Below, piece after piece: positions 29,349 through 38,511 of a DNA stretch of 57,179 nucleotides; within the stretch, counting starts at the first letter, position 1, and each line of letters starts with the position of its first letter. The stretch is from assembly GCA_050252415.1 (NCBI GenBank), contig JBFWKZ010000001.1, positions 1 to 57,179 on the forward strand, in the 5' to 3' direction. The notes under the pieces were generated by a model that saw only the letters and a list, made by a program, of their open reading frames with translations, was not told the DNA's origin and searched no databases. The position numbers and the translations under genes were made by a program. The stretch comes from Oscillospiraceae bacterium. GTDB lineage: Bacteria > Bacillota > Clostridia > Oscillospirales > Oscillospiraceae.

Positions 29349-30719
29349 ATGTCAGATACGATTGCGGCTATTGCCACGGGAGACAGGCTCACTGCCATTG
29401 GAATCATCCGCCTCAGCGGCGACGACTCTGTTCTTGTCATGGACAGGGTGTTTTTTCCCGTCTCCGGTAGAAAGATAAGCGACTATCCCGACAGGAGCCT
29501 TGTTTTTGGTGAATTGCGCGATGAGGCGGGGCAGGTGCTCGATATCTGTCTCGGCACGATAAGCCGTGCGCCGAACAGCTACACGGGTGAGAATACGGCG
29601 GAACTACAGATGCACGGTTCTCCAATGGTGCTTGGAGAGACGTTGGGCCTGCTTTTTCGCACCGGGGCAAGGCAGGCGCTGGCGGGCGAATTCACAAAGC
29701 GTGCCTTTTTAAACGGGCGCATGGACCTGACACAGGCGGAGGCGGTTATCGACCTCATCCATGCCGAAACCCCTGAGGCGGCAAAAATTGCCGCCGGCCA
29801 GCTGGGCGGAGCGATTTATCGCAAGGCGGAAGCCGTATATTCCATACTGACGGACATTATGAGCCACTTCCACGCCGTGCTCGACTATCCCGATGAAGAG
29901 ATCGATGCTTTTGAACTGGAAAACTATGAGGCGTCGCTCAAGGATGCGGAAAAGACGCTCGCCGGAATGCTGAAAAGCTTCGACCACGGCAGAATCGTGC
30001 GCGAGGGTATCGCCGCGGCAATCGTCGGTAAGCCCAATGTCGGGAAATCTTCCATATTGAACGCTCTGCTTGGCTATGACCGCGCAATCGTGACGGCTGT
30101 CCCCGGGACAACCCGCGATACGATCGAGGAGAAGCTGCGCCTGGGCCATGTTTTGCTCCGGCTTATCGACACTGCCGGAATACGCAAGACGGATGATGTG
30201 GTCGAAAACATCGGCGTTGAGCGCAGCCTGCGTGCCATTGAAGAGGCTGAGCTTGTCATTGCGGTATTTGATGCCTCCGAACCGCTCGGCGCGGAGGACG
30301 AAAAGGTTATGCGTGCGGCGGTGAAAAAGCAAAACAGTATCGCGCTGATCAATAAGACAGATCTGCCTGAGAAGCTATCCGAGGACAACATAATCAATCA
30401 TTTTTCGCATGTTCTGCACATTTCTGCAGCTTCCGGAGAGGGATTCGATGCCCTTACGGAGCTTGTCTGCACCATGTTCCCGAAGTCGGAGGGAAAAGCA
30501 ATGGGAGAGACGCTCACTAATGAGCGGCAGGCGGATGCCGTACGGCGCGCACTGGAGTCGCTCACGGCCGGGCGCGAGGCGATGCAGTCCGGAATAACGC
30601 CGGATGCCGTGCTGACCGAGGTTGAAAATGCGATGTCCGCTCTCGGAGAACTCACCGGGCGTACGGTTCGCGAAGACATCACGGCGCGAATTTTTGAACG
30701 GTTTTGTGTCGGAAAATAA
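29349..30719 (+). CDS. mnmE: tRNA uridine-5-carboxymethylaminomethyl modification GTPase MnmE
   Basis: 456 aa. 'DTIAAIAT', G-domain motifs 'GKPNVGKSSILN', 'DTAG' and 'NKTD', and the C-terminal 'FCVGK' (CIGK motif). Confidence 0.95.
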   Translation: MSDTIAAIATGDRLTAIGIIRLSGDDSVLVMDRVFFPVSGRKISDYPDRSLVFGELRDEAGQVLDICLGTISRAPNSYTGENTAELQMHGSPMVLGETLGLLFRTGARQALAGEFTKRAFLNGRMDLTQAEAVIDLIHAETPEAAKIAAGQLGGAIYRKAEAVYSILTDIMSHFHAVLDYPDEEIDAFELENYEASLKDAEKTLAGMLKSFDHGRIVREGIAAAIVGKPNVGKSSILNALLGYDRAIVTAVPGTTRDTIEEKLRLGHVLLRLIDTAGIRKTDDVVENIGVERSLRAIEEAELVIAVFDASEPLGAEDEKVMRAAVKKQNSIALINKTDLPEKLSEDNIINHFSHVLHISAASGEGFDALTELVCTMFPKSEGKAMGETLTNERQADAVRRALESLTAGREAMQSGITPDAVLTEVENAMSALGELTGRTVREDITARIFERFCVGK

Positions 30720-30927
30720 GAGAGCCGGGGGATATTCACAGAAAGTTCAGAAATCGTTCAAGTGCCGTTCAGACAAGAAGGTAAAAAATAGGGTATATTT
30801 TATTCGGATAAAGAAATCAGCCCACCGGGAAGTAAAACCTCCCCCAAAATGCTTCCCCTTTAAGGAGATATTTCCTGGTACTCCCCCTTCCTGGTGATCT
30901 CTGGGTGTGATTTCGGGCCGCGATCCA

Positions 30928-30962
30928 CGACCGCTCGGTTGCCGCTGAGCGGTCGATTTTTT
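30928..30962 (+). terminator. intrinsic terminator ~210 nt downstream of the mnmE stop
   Basis: CGACCGCTC-ggttgccgct-GAGCGGTCG followed by attttttat. Confidence 0.7.
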
Positions 30963-31013
30963 ATCTGGAATGGTCTGCCATAAATTAAATTTATCACATT
31001 TATGTAAAAACAG

Positions 31014-31042
31014 TTGCAAAGACATGCCAAAGCGGCTATAAT
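31014..31042 (+). promoter_or_regulatory. near-consensus sigma-A promoter of pncB-niaR
   Basis: TTGCAA (31014-31019), a 17-nt spacer, then TATAAT (31037-31042). This is 48 nt upstream of the pncB ATG. Confidence 0.65.
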
Positions 31043-31089
31043 TGCTCTGTGTAAAACCCCAGTAAAAATAAAGCTAAGGACTGGTTAAA

Positions 31090-32544
31090 ATGGGTAATTG
31101 CAACGAAAAACTTAATTTTACTATGCTCTGTGACTTTTATGAGCTGACCATGGGGAATGGTTATTTCAATTACGGCTACAAGGACAGAATCACGTATTTT
31201 GATTTATTTTACCGCCGTGTGCCGGACGATGGGGGCTATGCCATCGCTGCCGGTTTGGAGCAGGTTATCGATTATATCCAAAACCTGCATTTCGGCCCCG
31301 AAGATATTGCGTATTTGCGCGGAAGAAAAATGTTCAGTGAAGAATTTCTGGAATATTTGACAAATTTTAAGTTTACCGGCGACATCTACGCTGTTCCAGA
31401 GGGAACGCCTGTATTTCCACGGGAGCCTATTTTAACGGTCCGTGCCCCGGCTATTGAGGCACAGCTGCTTGAAACCTTTCTCCTGCTTACGATAAATCAC
31501 CAGAGTCTGATCGCCACCAAGGCCAGCCGCATCGTCAGTGCCGCGCAGGGCAGGGCGGTGCTCGAGTTCGGGTCACGCCGTGCGCAGGGAGCCGACGGCG
31601 CGATGCTGGGCGCGAGGGCGGCTTACATCGGCGGCTGCGCGGGGACGGCCTGTACTATTTCCGACCAGCTCTATGGCGTATGCGCCGGGGGTACCATGGC
31701 GCACTCCTGGGTGCAGATGTTTGAAAGCCAGTATGAAGCCTTTAAGACTTACTGTGAGATATACCCCGACAATGCGACCCTTTTAGTAGATACTTATAAT
31801 ACGCTCAAGTCCGGCATACCGGATGCGATCCGTGTTTTCAATGAAGTGCTGAGACCGCGCGGGATCACAAAATGCGGTATTCGATTGGATTCCGGCGACA
31901 TGGCGTATCTGACCCGCAAGGCGAGAAAGATGCTTGACGATGCGGGATGGCCTGAGTGCAAAATTTTTGTTTCCAATTCTCTCGATGAATACCTCATCCG
32001 CGACCTACTGCTTCAGGGTGCGGTAATCGACACCTTCGGCGTCGGCGAACGCCTTATCACCGCGAGGAGCGAACCTGTTTTCGGAGGGGTCTACAAGCTG
32101 GTTGCCGTCGAGGAGGAAGGCGGCGAGATCGTCCCCAGAATCAAGGTCAGCGAAAATGTCGGCAAAATTACGACGCCGCATTTCAAAAAAACCTATCGCC
32201 TCTACGGCAACGACACGGGCAAAGCCATTGCCGACTATATTTGCCTCCATGACGAGGTCGTCGATGACAGCGATAAACTGGAAATCTTTGACCCCGATGC
32301 GATCTGGAAGCGTAAACAGGTGTATAACTTTACCGCAAAGGAACTTCAGGTCCCCATATTTGTAAACGGCAAGCTGGTCTATGACAGACCGAGTTTGCCG
32401 GCAATTCAGGACTATTGCCAGAAACAGTTGGGTACGCTGTGGGATGAGGTCAAGCGTTTTGATAATCCGCATACCTATTATGTTGATCTCTCACAGAAAC
32501 TCTGGGATGTCAAATATCGGCTGCTTTCGGAAAAAAGCATATGA
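31090..32544 (+). CDS. pncB: nicotinate phosphoribosyltransferase
   Basis: 484 aa with 'LCDFYELTMGNGYF', 'EFGSRRAQG', 'GGTMAHSWVQ' and 'IRLDSGDMAYL', typical of the type II NAPRTase family. Confidence 0.93.
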   Translation: MGNCNEKLNFTMLCDFYELTMGNGYFNYGYKDRITYFDLFYRRVPDDGGYAIAAGLEQVIDYIQNLHFGPEDIAYLRGRKMFSEEFLEYLTNFKFTGDIYAVPEGTPVFPREPILTVRAPAIEAQLLETFLLLTINHQSLIATKASRIVSAAQGRAVLEFGSRRAQGADGAMLGARAAYIGGCAGTACTISDQLYGVCAGGTMAHSWVQMFESQYEAFKTYCEIYPDNATLLVDTYNTLKSGIPDAIRVFNEVLRPRGITKCGIRLDSGDMAYLTRKARKMLDDAGWPECKIFVSNSLDEYLIRDLLLQGAVIDTFGVGERLITARSEPVFGGVYKLVAVEEEGGEIVPRIKVSENVGKITTPHFKKTYRLYGNDTGKAIADYICLHDEVVDDSDKLEIFDPDAIWKRKQVYNFTAKELQVPIFVNGKLVYDRPSLPAIQDYCQKQLGTLWDEVKRFDNPHTYYVDLSQKLWDVKYRLLSEKSI

Positions 32545-32563
32545 ATCTGTGGGGTGAGACGTC

Positions 32564-33079
32564 ATGACCACAGAAGAACGCAGGAAGGCAATTGGTGAAC
32601 TGCTGGCCGGTTCAAGCGTGCCCATAAGCGCGACTACGCTGGCAAGAAAATTTTCCGTCAGCCGTCAGGTGATCGTCAGCGATGTTGCGCTGCTCCGTGC
32701 GGGGGGGATGGCAATCTCCGCAACGCCTCGCGGGTATGTGACGACGCAGCACCAGGACGGACTTATCCGCACGGTCGCCTGTGTACACACGCTTGACGAT
32801 ATGCGCAAGGAGCTCTATGCCATCGTTGACAATGGCTGCAGCGCGCTGGATGTGGTCGTTGAACACCCAATATATGGACAGCTTACTGGCGAGCTCCAAC
32901 TCGCCAGCCGTTATGATGTGGATCGGTTTATGGAAAAGCTTTCTCGCCGGGCTTCGCCGCTTTCGGCGCTGACAGGAGGCATACATCTGCATACGCTCAG
33001 ATGCCCGGATGAGGCGGCTTATGTGCGCGTTTTGGAAGCCCTCCGCGCAGAGGGTATCTTGCTGGACGAAAAAGCTTGA
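32564..33079 (+). CDS. niaR: niacin-responsive transcription repressor NiaR (YrxA/NadR; HTH plus 3H domain)
   Basis: 171 aa. N-terminal HTH 'ISATTLARKFSVSRQVIVSDVALLR', then a 3H domain with 'VACVHT', 'VVVEHPIYG' and 'GGIHLHTL' (three conserved His). Confidence 0.88.
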   Translation: MTTEERRKAIGELLAGSSVPISATTLARKFSVSRQVIVSDVALLRAGGMAISATPRGYVTTQHQDGLIRTVACVHTLDDMRKELYAIVDNGCSALDVVVEHPIYGQLTGELQLASRYDVDRFMEKLSRRASPLSALTGGIHLHTLRCPDEAAYVRVLEALRAEGILLDEKA

Positions 33080-33138
33080 CAAATTTGACATTTTGAACTA
33101 TTATGCCATACAGGTGTCGCGACACCTGTATGGCATAA
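33076..33138 (+). promoter_or_regulatory. sigma-A promoter overlapped by a perfect 38-bp palindrome (candidate NiaR operator; it could also act as the niaR terminator hairpin)
   Basis: TTGACA (33076-33081), a 17-nt spacer, then TATTAT (33099-33104). The palindrome TTATGCCATACAGGTGTCG|CGACACCTGTATGGCATAA spans 33101-33138 with no mismatch and is followed by tttattta. Confidence 0.7.
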
Positions 33139-33165
33139 TTTATTTACAAGGGGAGCGGGGAGAAA

Positions 33166-34230
33166 ATGGAAAAGTTCAAGGTTTTTTTAAAGAGAAAGGA
33201 CATTGAGATTTCCGCAAAACGCTATGGCGTAGATGCTCTTGGCGCAATGGCGCAGGGACTATTTTGTTCTTTACTTATCGGAACGATACTCAACACGATC
33301 GGTACCCAACTGGCTATGCCGGTTTTCAACGAGATCGGCGGATTTGCGACGGCCATCGCCGGCCCGGCGATGGCCGTCGCTATCGGTTATGCGCTGAAAT
33401 GTCCGCCGCTGGTGCTTTTCTCGCTCATTGCGGTCGGCAACGCGGCAAATAAACTCGGCGGGGCCGGCGGACCGCTTGCCGTTCTGGTTTTAGCCATCAT
33501 TGCCGCAGAATGTGGTAAGGCGGTATCCAAGGAGACGAAGATCGACATTCTGGTGACGCCGCTGGTGACCATCTTCGTCGGTGTGCTATTGGCCAAGTGG
33601 TGGGCGCCCGCCATCGGCGCGGCAGCCAGCCATGTCGGCGATATTATCATGTGGGCGACCGATCTGCAGCCCTTCCTTATGGGAATCCTGGTTTCCGTTC
33701 TCGTCGGCGTTGCGCTGACGCTGCCTATTTCCAGCGCGGCAATCTGTGCGGCGCTCAGCCTGCGCGGCCTGGCGGGCGGTGCGGCGGTGGCCGGCTGCTG
33801 TGCTCAGATGGTTGGCTTTGCCGTGCTCTCTTTCCGTGAGAACCGCTGGGGAGGACTCATCTCTCAGGGGCTTGGCACATCAATGCTCCAGATGGGCAAC
33901 ATTGTCAAGAATCCTAAAATATGGATTCCCGCCATAGTGACTTCTGCAATCACCGGTCCGATTGCAACTTGCATCTTTGGTTTGCAGATGAATGACCCCG
34001 CCTCCGGCGTGGCCTCCGGAATGGGAACCTGCGGGCTCGTCGGGCCGATTGGCGTATATACCGGCTGGGTGAGCGATGTGACAAACGGTGTAAAAGCCGC
34101 CGTAACCTCTATGGACTGGATCGGACTGGTCCTCATCTGTTTTGTACTCCCGGCAGTCCTCTGCTGGGCGATTGGGCTTGTCTGCCGCAGAATCGGCTGG
34201 ATAAGGGAAAACGATCTGAAGCTCGACTGA
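33166..34230 (+). CDS. orphan PTS-EIIC-like polytopic permease (no EIIA/EIIB partner nearby)
   Basis: 354 aa with ~10 TM helices and internal two-fold similarity ('GGAGGPLAVLVLAIIAAECGK' vs 'LRGLAGGAAVAGCCAQMVG'). It resembles the short ~350-aa 'EIIC_2'-type family. Confidence 0.6.
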   Translation: MEKFKVFLKRKDIEISAKRYGVDALGAMAQGLFCSLLIGTILNTIGTQLAMPVFNEIGGFATAIAGPAMAVAIGYALKCPPLVLFSLIAVGNAANKLGGAGGPLAVLVLAIIAAECGKAVSKETKIDILVTPLVTIFVGVLLAKWWAPAIGAAASHVGDIIMWATDLQPFLMGILVSVLVGVALTLPISSAAICAALSLRGLAGGAAVAGCCAQMVGFAVLSFRENRWGGLISQGLGTSMLQMGNIVKNPKIWIPAIVTSAITGPIATCIFGLQMNDPASGVASGMGTCGLVGPIGVYTGWVSDVTNGVKAAVTSMDWIGLVLICFVLPAVLCWAIGLVCRRIGWIRENDLKLD

Positions 34231-34373
34231 AAACGATAGCGGATGTGTCGGCTGATCTGGTTTTCCATGAGAGGCCGACTGCCGTTTTGCCCTATCCGGC
34301 TCGTCCTTTTCAGGCCACCGATAAAAACAATTTCGATTGGAAAACTGAATAACCTATGCGTTAATAAGAGTTT

Positions 34374-34410
34374 CCCCCACCCGTTGTGATAACGGATGGG
34401 GGAATTTTTA
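34374..34410 (+). terminator. intrinsic terminator between convergent genes
   Basis: CCCCCACCCGTT-gtgat-AACGGATGGGGG followed by aattttta. Confidence 0.7.
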
Positions 34411-34426
34411 TAGGGAAAATTTTAAT

Positions 34427-36343
34427 TCATAGTTCGTATTTGTTGGCGATATTGTATTTTTTGATTTTGCGCCACAGAGTAGTCGTACTGATCCCAAGCG
34501 CATTTGCGACGTCTCCGCGGCAGCCGTTATATTTTTCCAAAAGCTCCGCAATAACGGCGGCCTCGGGATCCTTGTAAACAATAGACGGCTGTTCGGTTTT
34601 CCGGCGGTGGGTCAGCGGATACATGTGGAAATACATGGTTTCAATAAAATTTTCATCCACCGAGCGGCGGGGAGCGGTCAGGACAATCCTTTCGCAAAAG
34701 CTGGACAGCTGTATGCGATTGCCGTTCCAGCCATAGTCCTCTATTTTTTGCATAGCCTTTGTCGTCAGCGTAATATAACGTTTATATTTTTCCCCGAACA
34801 GTTTGATGAAACGGGAGGCGTGATAACGAATATCCTCCGGCCGGTCGCGCAGCGGAGGAATTTCCAAATGCAGGTTATTCAGCGCGTAGAACAGTTCCTC
34901 GCTATACGTTCCATTTTCAACCATGTGAAGGAGCTGGTCCCCACATGAGGCGATAATCCGAATATTTGCCGGTAATGGCCGCTGCCCGCCGCCTCCGAAG
35001 ATTACATGGTCATTTATGAGGCGCAGTAGCCGGTACTGCGATTCGCGGCTCAAAAATTCGATATCGCTTAGGTAAGCCGTTCCCTTATGGGCTGTGGCAA
35101 GCAGACCTTTGGCGCCGTTCGGTTCGGGTGTTCCGAAGAGCAGGGCGGTCTGCTCGCTGGAAGCCATTTGCGCGCAGCCCACCGAGACATATGGTCCTGC
35201 CCGCAGCTTGCCCGCATTGTGTATCGACTGAGCGAAAAGCTCCTGCCCATTGCCAGGCTCGCTGTAAATTAAAACCGGCGCGTCCGACTGCGCATAAAGC
35301 TGGGCCAGCTCTACGGTTTTGCGGATGCCATGCGAAGGCTCCTCAAACAGGTCGAAAGTGGCCTTGGCGACAAACCCCTGATTATAGAGTTCACGGCGGG
35401 CGGCAACGCCCATCTCCTCCAATTGTTTGACCTCTTGGCTGGAGAAAATCGCACCGGTGATTTCGCCCTCGACTAAGATCGGCGACAGACTGGCTACCAT
35501 GGAAACCCGATTGATGCAGATATATTCGGAATAGATTTCTTTCCCCTCCGCTAAGACCGACTGAAGTGCCGAGCTGTCGAAAGCGTCGGTCAGCGTCTCG
35601 ATCGACTTTCCGATGACCTCCGAAGCCTGCCAGTCCAACAGATTTTCCGCTACGTGGTTTATAATGACGACTTTTCCTTCGCGATCCAGTTTGATTACCA
35701 CACCGAAAGAGTTGTCGAGCAGTGTCTTGAGCTCGGCGGTGTTTTCTTTTTCCCGGTCACTGGCATAGGCAACGCGCTGCGCGACAATCAGAGCTTCTCG
35801 GACGGAGTCTTCAGTTGCTGTGACAAAGAGACTGGGCACGCCGGCCTCGCGGGCCATCTGGACAGCCAAGTCGCCGCCTATAATGAAATCGACCTGATCT
35901 TCAATGGCCTGACATACCCGCTCTTTCAGAGTTTCGACGCCCGTGAGTGAGTTCTTAATGTAATAACTGCGGATCTGAACATCGTATATCTGCTCGAAAT
36001 AATCCATGTTGCAGAACATATTAGAATAGCCCACCACGGCAATAACCGGATGCTCCTTTTGAAGCATCTGCTTAGCCTTCGTGATCAGTAGGCCCATTTC
36101 CTGCCCTGTCATCATCATTTCGACAACCGGAACACTTGTGGTGCGTTTGATATAAGAAGCCTGCAGCCCTCTTGTCACAATGATTTCCGCCCCGTTATTA
36201 AGCGCTTCCTGTGCATACTCGACCGCCAAACCGGTTTGTACGCACTTGAGATAAGTAATATTCGTATATTTCATTTCGTCAATAACTTTTTGAACGAGTT
36301 CAATCATGTCAAAATTAGGCAATAAACAGGCTATCTTTGTCAT
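34427..36343 (-). CDS. PrpR-N / PAS / AAA+ / Fis-HTH regulator with a degenerate sigma-54-interaction core
   Basis: I chose the start at MTKIACLLPNF (ATG 36343, GGAGGAAG RBS). The domains are a PrpR-type N-domain, a PAS region ('LDREGKVVIINHVAENLLDW') and a C-terminal HTH 'ALGISTTTLWRKIKKY'. The AAA+ region has 'SEPGNGQE' instead of GESGTGKE, 'GTAYLSDIE' instead of GTLFLDEI, and no GAFTGA loop. Confidence 0.8.
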   Translation of the reverse strand: MTKIACLLPNFDMIELVQKVIDEMKYTNITYLKCVQTGLAVEYAQEALNNGAEIIVTRGLQASYIKRTTSVPVVEMMMTGQEMGLLITKAKQMLQKEHPVIAVVGYSNMFCNMDYFEQIYDVQIRSYYIKNSLTGVETLKERVCQAIEDQVDFIIGGDLAVQMAREAGVPSLFVTATEDSVREALIVAQRVAYASDREKENTAELKTLLDNSFGVVIKLDREGKVVIINHVAENLLDWQASEVIGKSIETLTDAFDSSALQSVLAEGKEIYSEYICINRVSMVASLSPILVEGEITGAIFSSQEVKQLEEMGVAARRELYNQGFVAKATFDLFEEPSHGIRKTVELAQLYAQSDAPVLIYSEPGNGQELFAQSIHNAGKLRAGPYVSVGCAQMASSEQTALLFGTPEPNGAKGLLATAHKGTAYLSDIEFLSRESQYRLLRLINDHVIFGGGGQRPLPANIRIIASCGDQLLHMVENGTYSEELFYALNNLHLEIPPLRDRPEDIRYHASRFIKLFGEKYKRYITLTTKAMQKIEDYGWNGNRIQLSSFCERIVLTAPRRSVDENFIETMYFHMYPLTHRRKTEQPSIVYKDPEAAVIAELLEKYNGCRGDVANALGISTTTLWRKIKKYNIANKYEL

Positions 36344-36763
36344 AAGGCTTCCTCCGGCAGGTGTGATGTTATGAAACTGAAGATCGTAAGGTACTAAATA
36401 TTTATTAATTATATGAATAATATACTTGGTTTTCAATCGTCAAAAGTTCTAAAATTGTAATATAAATTGTCACGAAACAGCAAATATTTCTGTATTTGAA
36501 ATGTTCATTACGTAAAAAATGTTTCATTATTTCCAGATGAAAGAAGGGGCTGTTTGATAGGAGGCTGGCGGTAGTCGGTTTTATTTCAAAACATCAGTAT
36601 GAAGTTTGCAAATCGACATTTTTTTTTACTCGGCGTACATATGATATTCGGATAAGCCAAAAAAATGAATTACATGAAATGAAGTCGTGTAAAATATAAT
36701 GCAAATATCGAATGATTGTTGGGAAAATATACTTTGGAATTAATACTTTGGGTCATTTGTCAA

Positions 36764-36792
36764 TTGTAAAATTTTTTGTGCAAAACTATAAT
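36764..36792 (+). promoter_or_regulatory. candidate sigma-A promoter for the tctCBA operon
   Basis: TTGTAA (36764-36769), a 17-nt spacer, then TATAAT (36787-36792). This is 64 nt upstream of the tctC ATG. Confidence 0.45.
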
Positions 36793-36855
36793 AAATTCGA
36801 ACAAAAGTTCAACCGTCTAAACTTCCGCACAAATGAGATGTAAAGGAGTAAAAAA

Positions 36856-37917
36856 ATGAAAAGAAGTCAAAAATTAGTCGCTCTGTTTCTTGCAGCAATG
36901 ATGGCGCTTTCGCTCGCCGGATGCGGAGGAACAAGTACCACTTCCGCTTCCACTGCTCCCGAGTCCACCGCCCCGGCAGAATCAGACGCCGCTGCGGAGA
37001 GTCCGGAGGCATCTGCCCCGTCAATCGACTATCCCACGAAACCAATCCAGATTATCTGCCCCGTCAAGGCGGGCGGCGACACCGACCGCAACACCCGCGT
37101 GTTGGCTACCGCTCTTCAGAAGTATCTTAACACGACTGTTGTGGTCACGAACGTTAACGGCGGTGCAACCGTCATGGGCATGCAGCAATGTCTGGACTCA
37201 GATCCCGACGGCTATACGCTGATCGTCAACGGCAGCGACATATTTGTTCCCTATATGATGGGAACCACCGACATCAACATCGACAGCTTTAAAACCATCG
37301 GTATTCCCATCATTGACAATTCAACAGTCCTGGCTGTCAATAAAGATTCGGGCATTACCGATCTCAAAGATCTGATTGAAAAATCCCAGGCCGCGCCCGA
37401 TTCGATCGAATACGGCGGCAAGATCGGAGCGACCAACCAGATTTGCGGCGTTGCGATGAATACGGAGTGGGGTGCCGCGCTGAAGTTTGTTGATGTCGGC
37501 AACAATGCGGCCAAAATGACCGCTCTGCTGGCGCAGCAGACCGACGTTATCAATATTTCCTATTCGCTGGCAAATGACTACTTTACGAGCGGAGACTTCA
37601 TTCCGCTTGTCCTGCTCGGTTCCACCAAAAACGATCTGCTTCCCGATGTTCCGATTGCTTCCGATCTCGGATATAAAAATCTTGATTTCAGCAAGTTCTT
37701 CTGGGTCGGCACAAATCCCGATACCCCTGATGAGATCGTCGACATCCTTGCAGACGCGCTTGAAAAGGCCAGCCAAGACCCCGATTTTGTTGCCAACATG
37801 GAGTCAAACTATTTGACCCCGACCTTTATTGGCAAGGAAGAGGCGAAAGATTTCTGCAATTCCCTGTATGAAAACACGATGCTGCCCTATAAGGATGAGT
37901 TCCTGGCCGCACAATAA
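36856..37917 (+). CDS. tctC: tripartite tricarboxylate transporter substrate-binding lipoprotein (TctC/Bug family)
   Basis: Lipobox 'LSLAGCGG' and an S/T/A/P linker, followed by 'YPTKPIQIICPVKAGGDTDRNTRVLA...VVVTNVNGGATV...DPDGYTL'. Confidence 0.85.
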   Translation: MKRSQKLVALFLAAMMALSLAGCGGTSTTSASTAPESTAPAESDAAAESPEASAPSIDYPTKPIQIICPVKAGGDTDRNTRVLATALQKYLNTTVVVTNVNGGATVMGMQQCLDSDPDGYTLIVNGSDIFVPYMMGTTDINIDSFKTIGIPIIDNSTVLAVNKDSGITDLKDLIEKSQAAPDSIEYGGKIGATNQICGVAMNTEWGAALKFVDVGNNAAKMTALLAQQTDVINISYSLANDYFTSGDFIPLVLLGSTKNDLLPDVPIASDLGYKNLDFSKFFWVGTNPDTPDEIVDILADALEKASQDPDFVANMESNYLTPTFIGKEEAKDFCNSLYENTMLPYKDEFLAAQ

Positions 37918-38007
37918 TTTGAAATCAGCTACTTAACGTTAACGGTTGCCAATACCGGTTTCGACTGGTTTTGGCAGCCGTTTAAAATAATTTAAGGAGT
38001 GATCGCG

Positions 38008-38499
38008 TTGAGCAGCAGGCTCAAAGACTTATATTCCGGCATCTTTTTTCTCATGTTTGCCGTGTTCATTTATGTTGAATCCTATTTTATCAGAGTCTCA
38101 AAAGCGGATGCTCTAGGTCCCCAGTTTTTCCCAAGGCTGGTGGCGATTGCCATGGCCTTTCTCGCATTGCTTCAGATCATCCGCTATGTAAAAACCATAA
38201 AAACACAGCCAAAGCCGCAGACAGATACCAAAGTAATCCCGTTTTGGAAAAATGCGCCTCTCATATTGACTTTTGTACTACTGGCAGGATATGTCATACT
38301 GGTGGATAAATTGGGCTTTATTATTGTAACGGCCATCTATTTATTTTGCCAGATTTTCCTTTTGCTTCCAAAGGGGGCAATCAAGGTAAAGCGCAACCTT
38401 ATCATTACATCGGGTATTGCCGTCATTGTCCCGGTTTTCATCTATTTCCTGTTCTATAAGGTTTTTATGATTTTCCTGCCCGCGGGAATTTTAGGTTAG
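38008..38499 (+). CDS. tctB: tripartite tricarboxylate transporter TctB family small membrane protein
   Basis: ~163 aa with 4 TM helices, sitting between tctC and tctA. The TTG at 38008 is 8 nt after GGAG. The ORF-track GTG at 37999 overlaps the RBS itself. Confidence 0.75.
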   Translation: MSSRLKDLYSGIFFLMFAVFIYVESYFIRVSKADALGPQFFPRLVAIAMAFLALLQIIRYVKTIKTQPKPQTDTKVIPFWKNAPLILTFVLLAGYVILVDKLGFIIVTAIYLFCQIFLLLPKGAIKVKRNLIITSGIAVIVPVFIYFLFYKVFMIFLPAGILG

Positions 38500-38511
38500 G
38501 AGGGCGGAATC

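Noticed and set aside
30747-31025. 92-aa minus-strand ORF in the mnmE-pncB spacer
   Set aside because: It spans a plus-strand intrinsic terminator and reaches into the -35 element of the pncB promoter. It has no RBS and odd composition.
36437-36855. Search for a sigma-54 (-24 TGGCAC / -12 TTGCA) promoter upstream of tctC
   Set aside because: The only TTGCA occurrences lack a GG 10-11 nt upstream, and 'CTGGCGGTAGTCGGTTTT' lacks the -12 element. I called no sigma-54 promoter.
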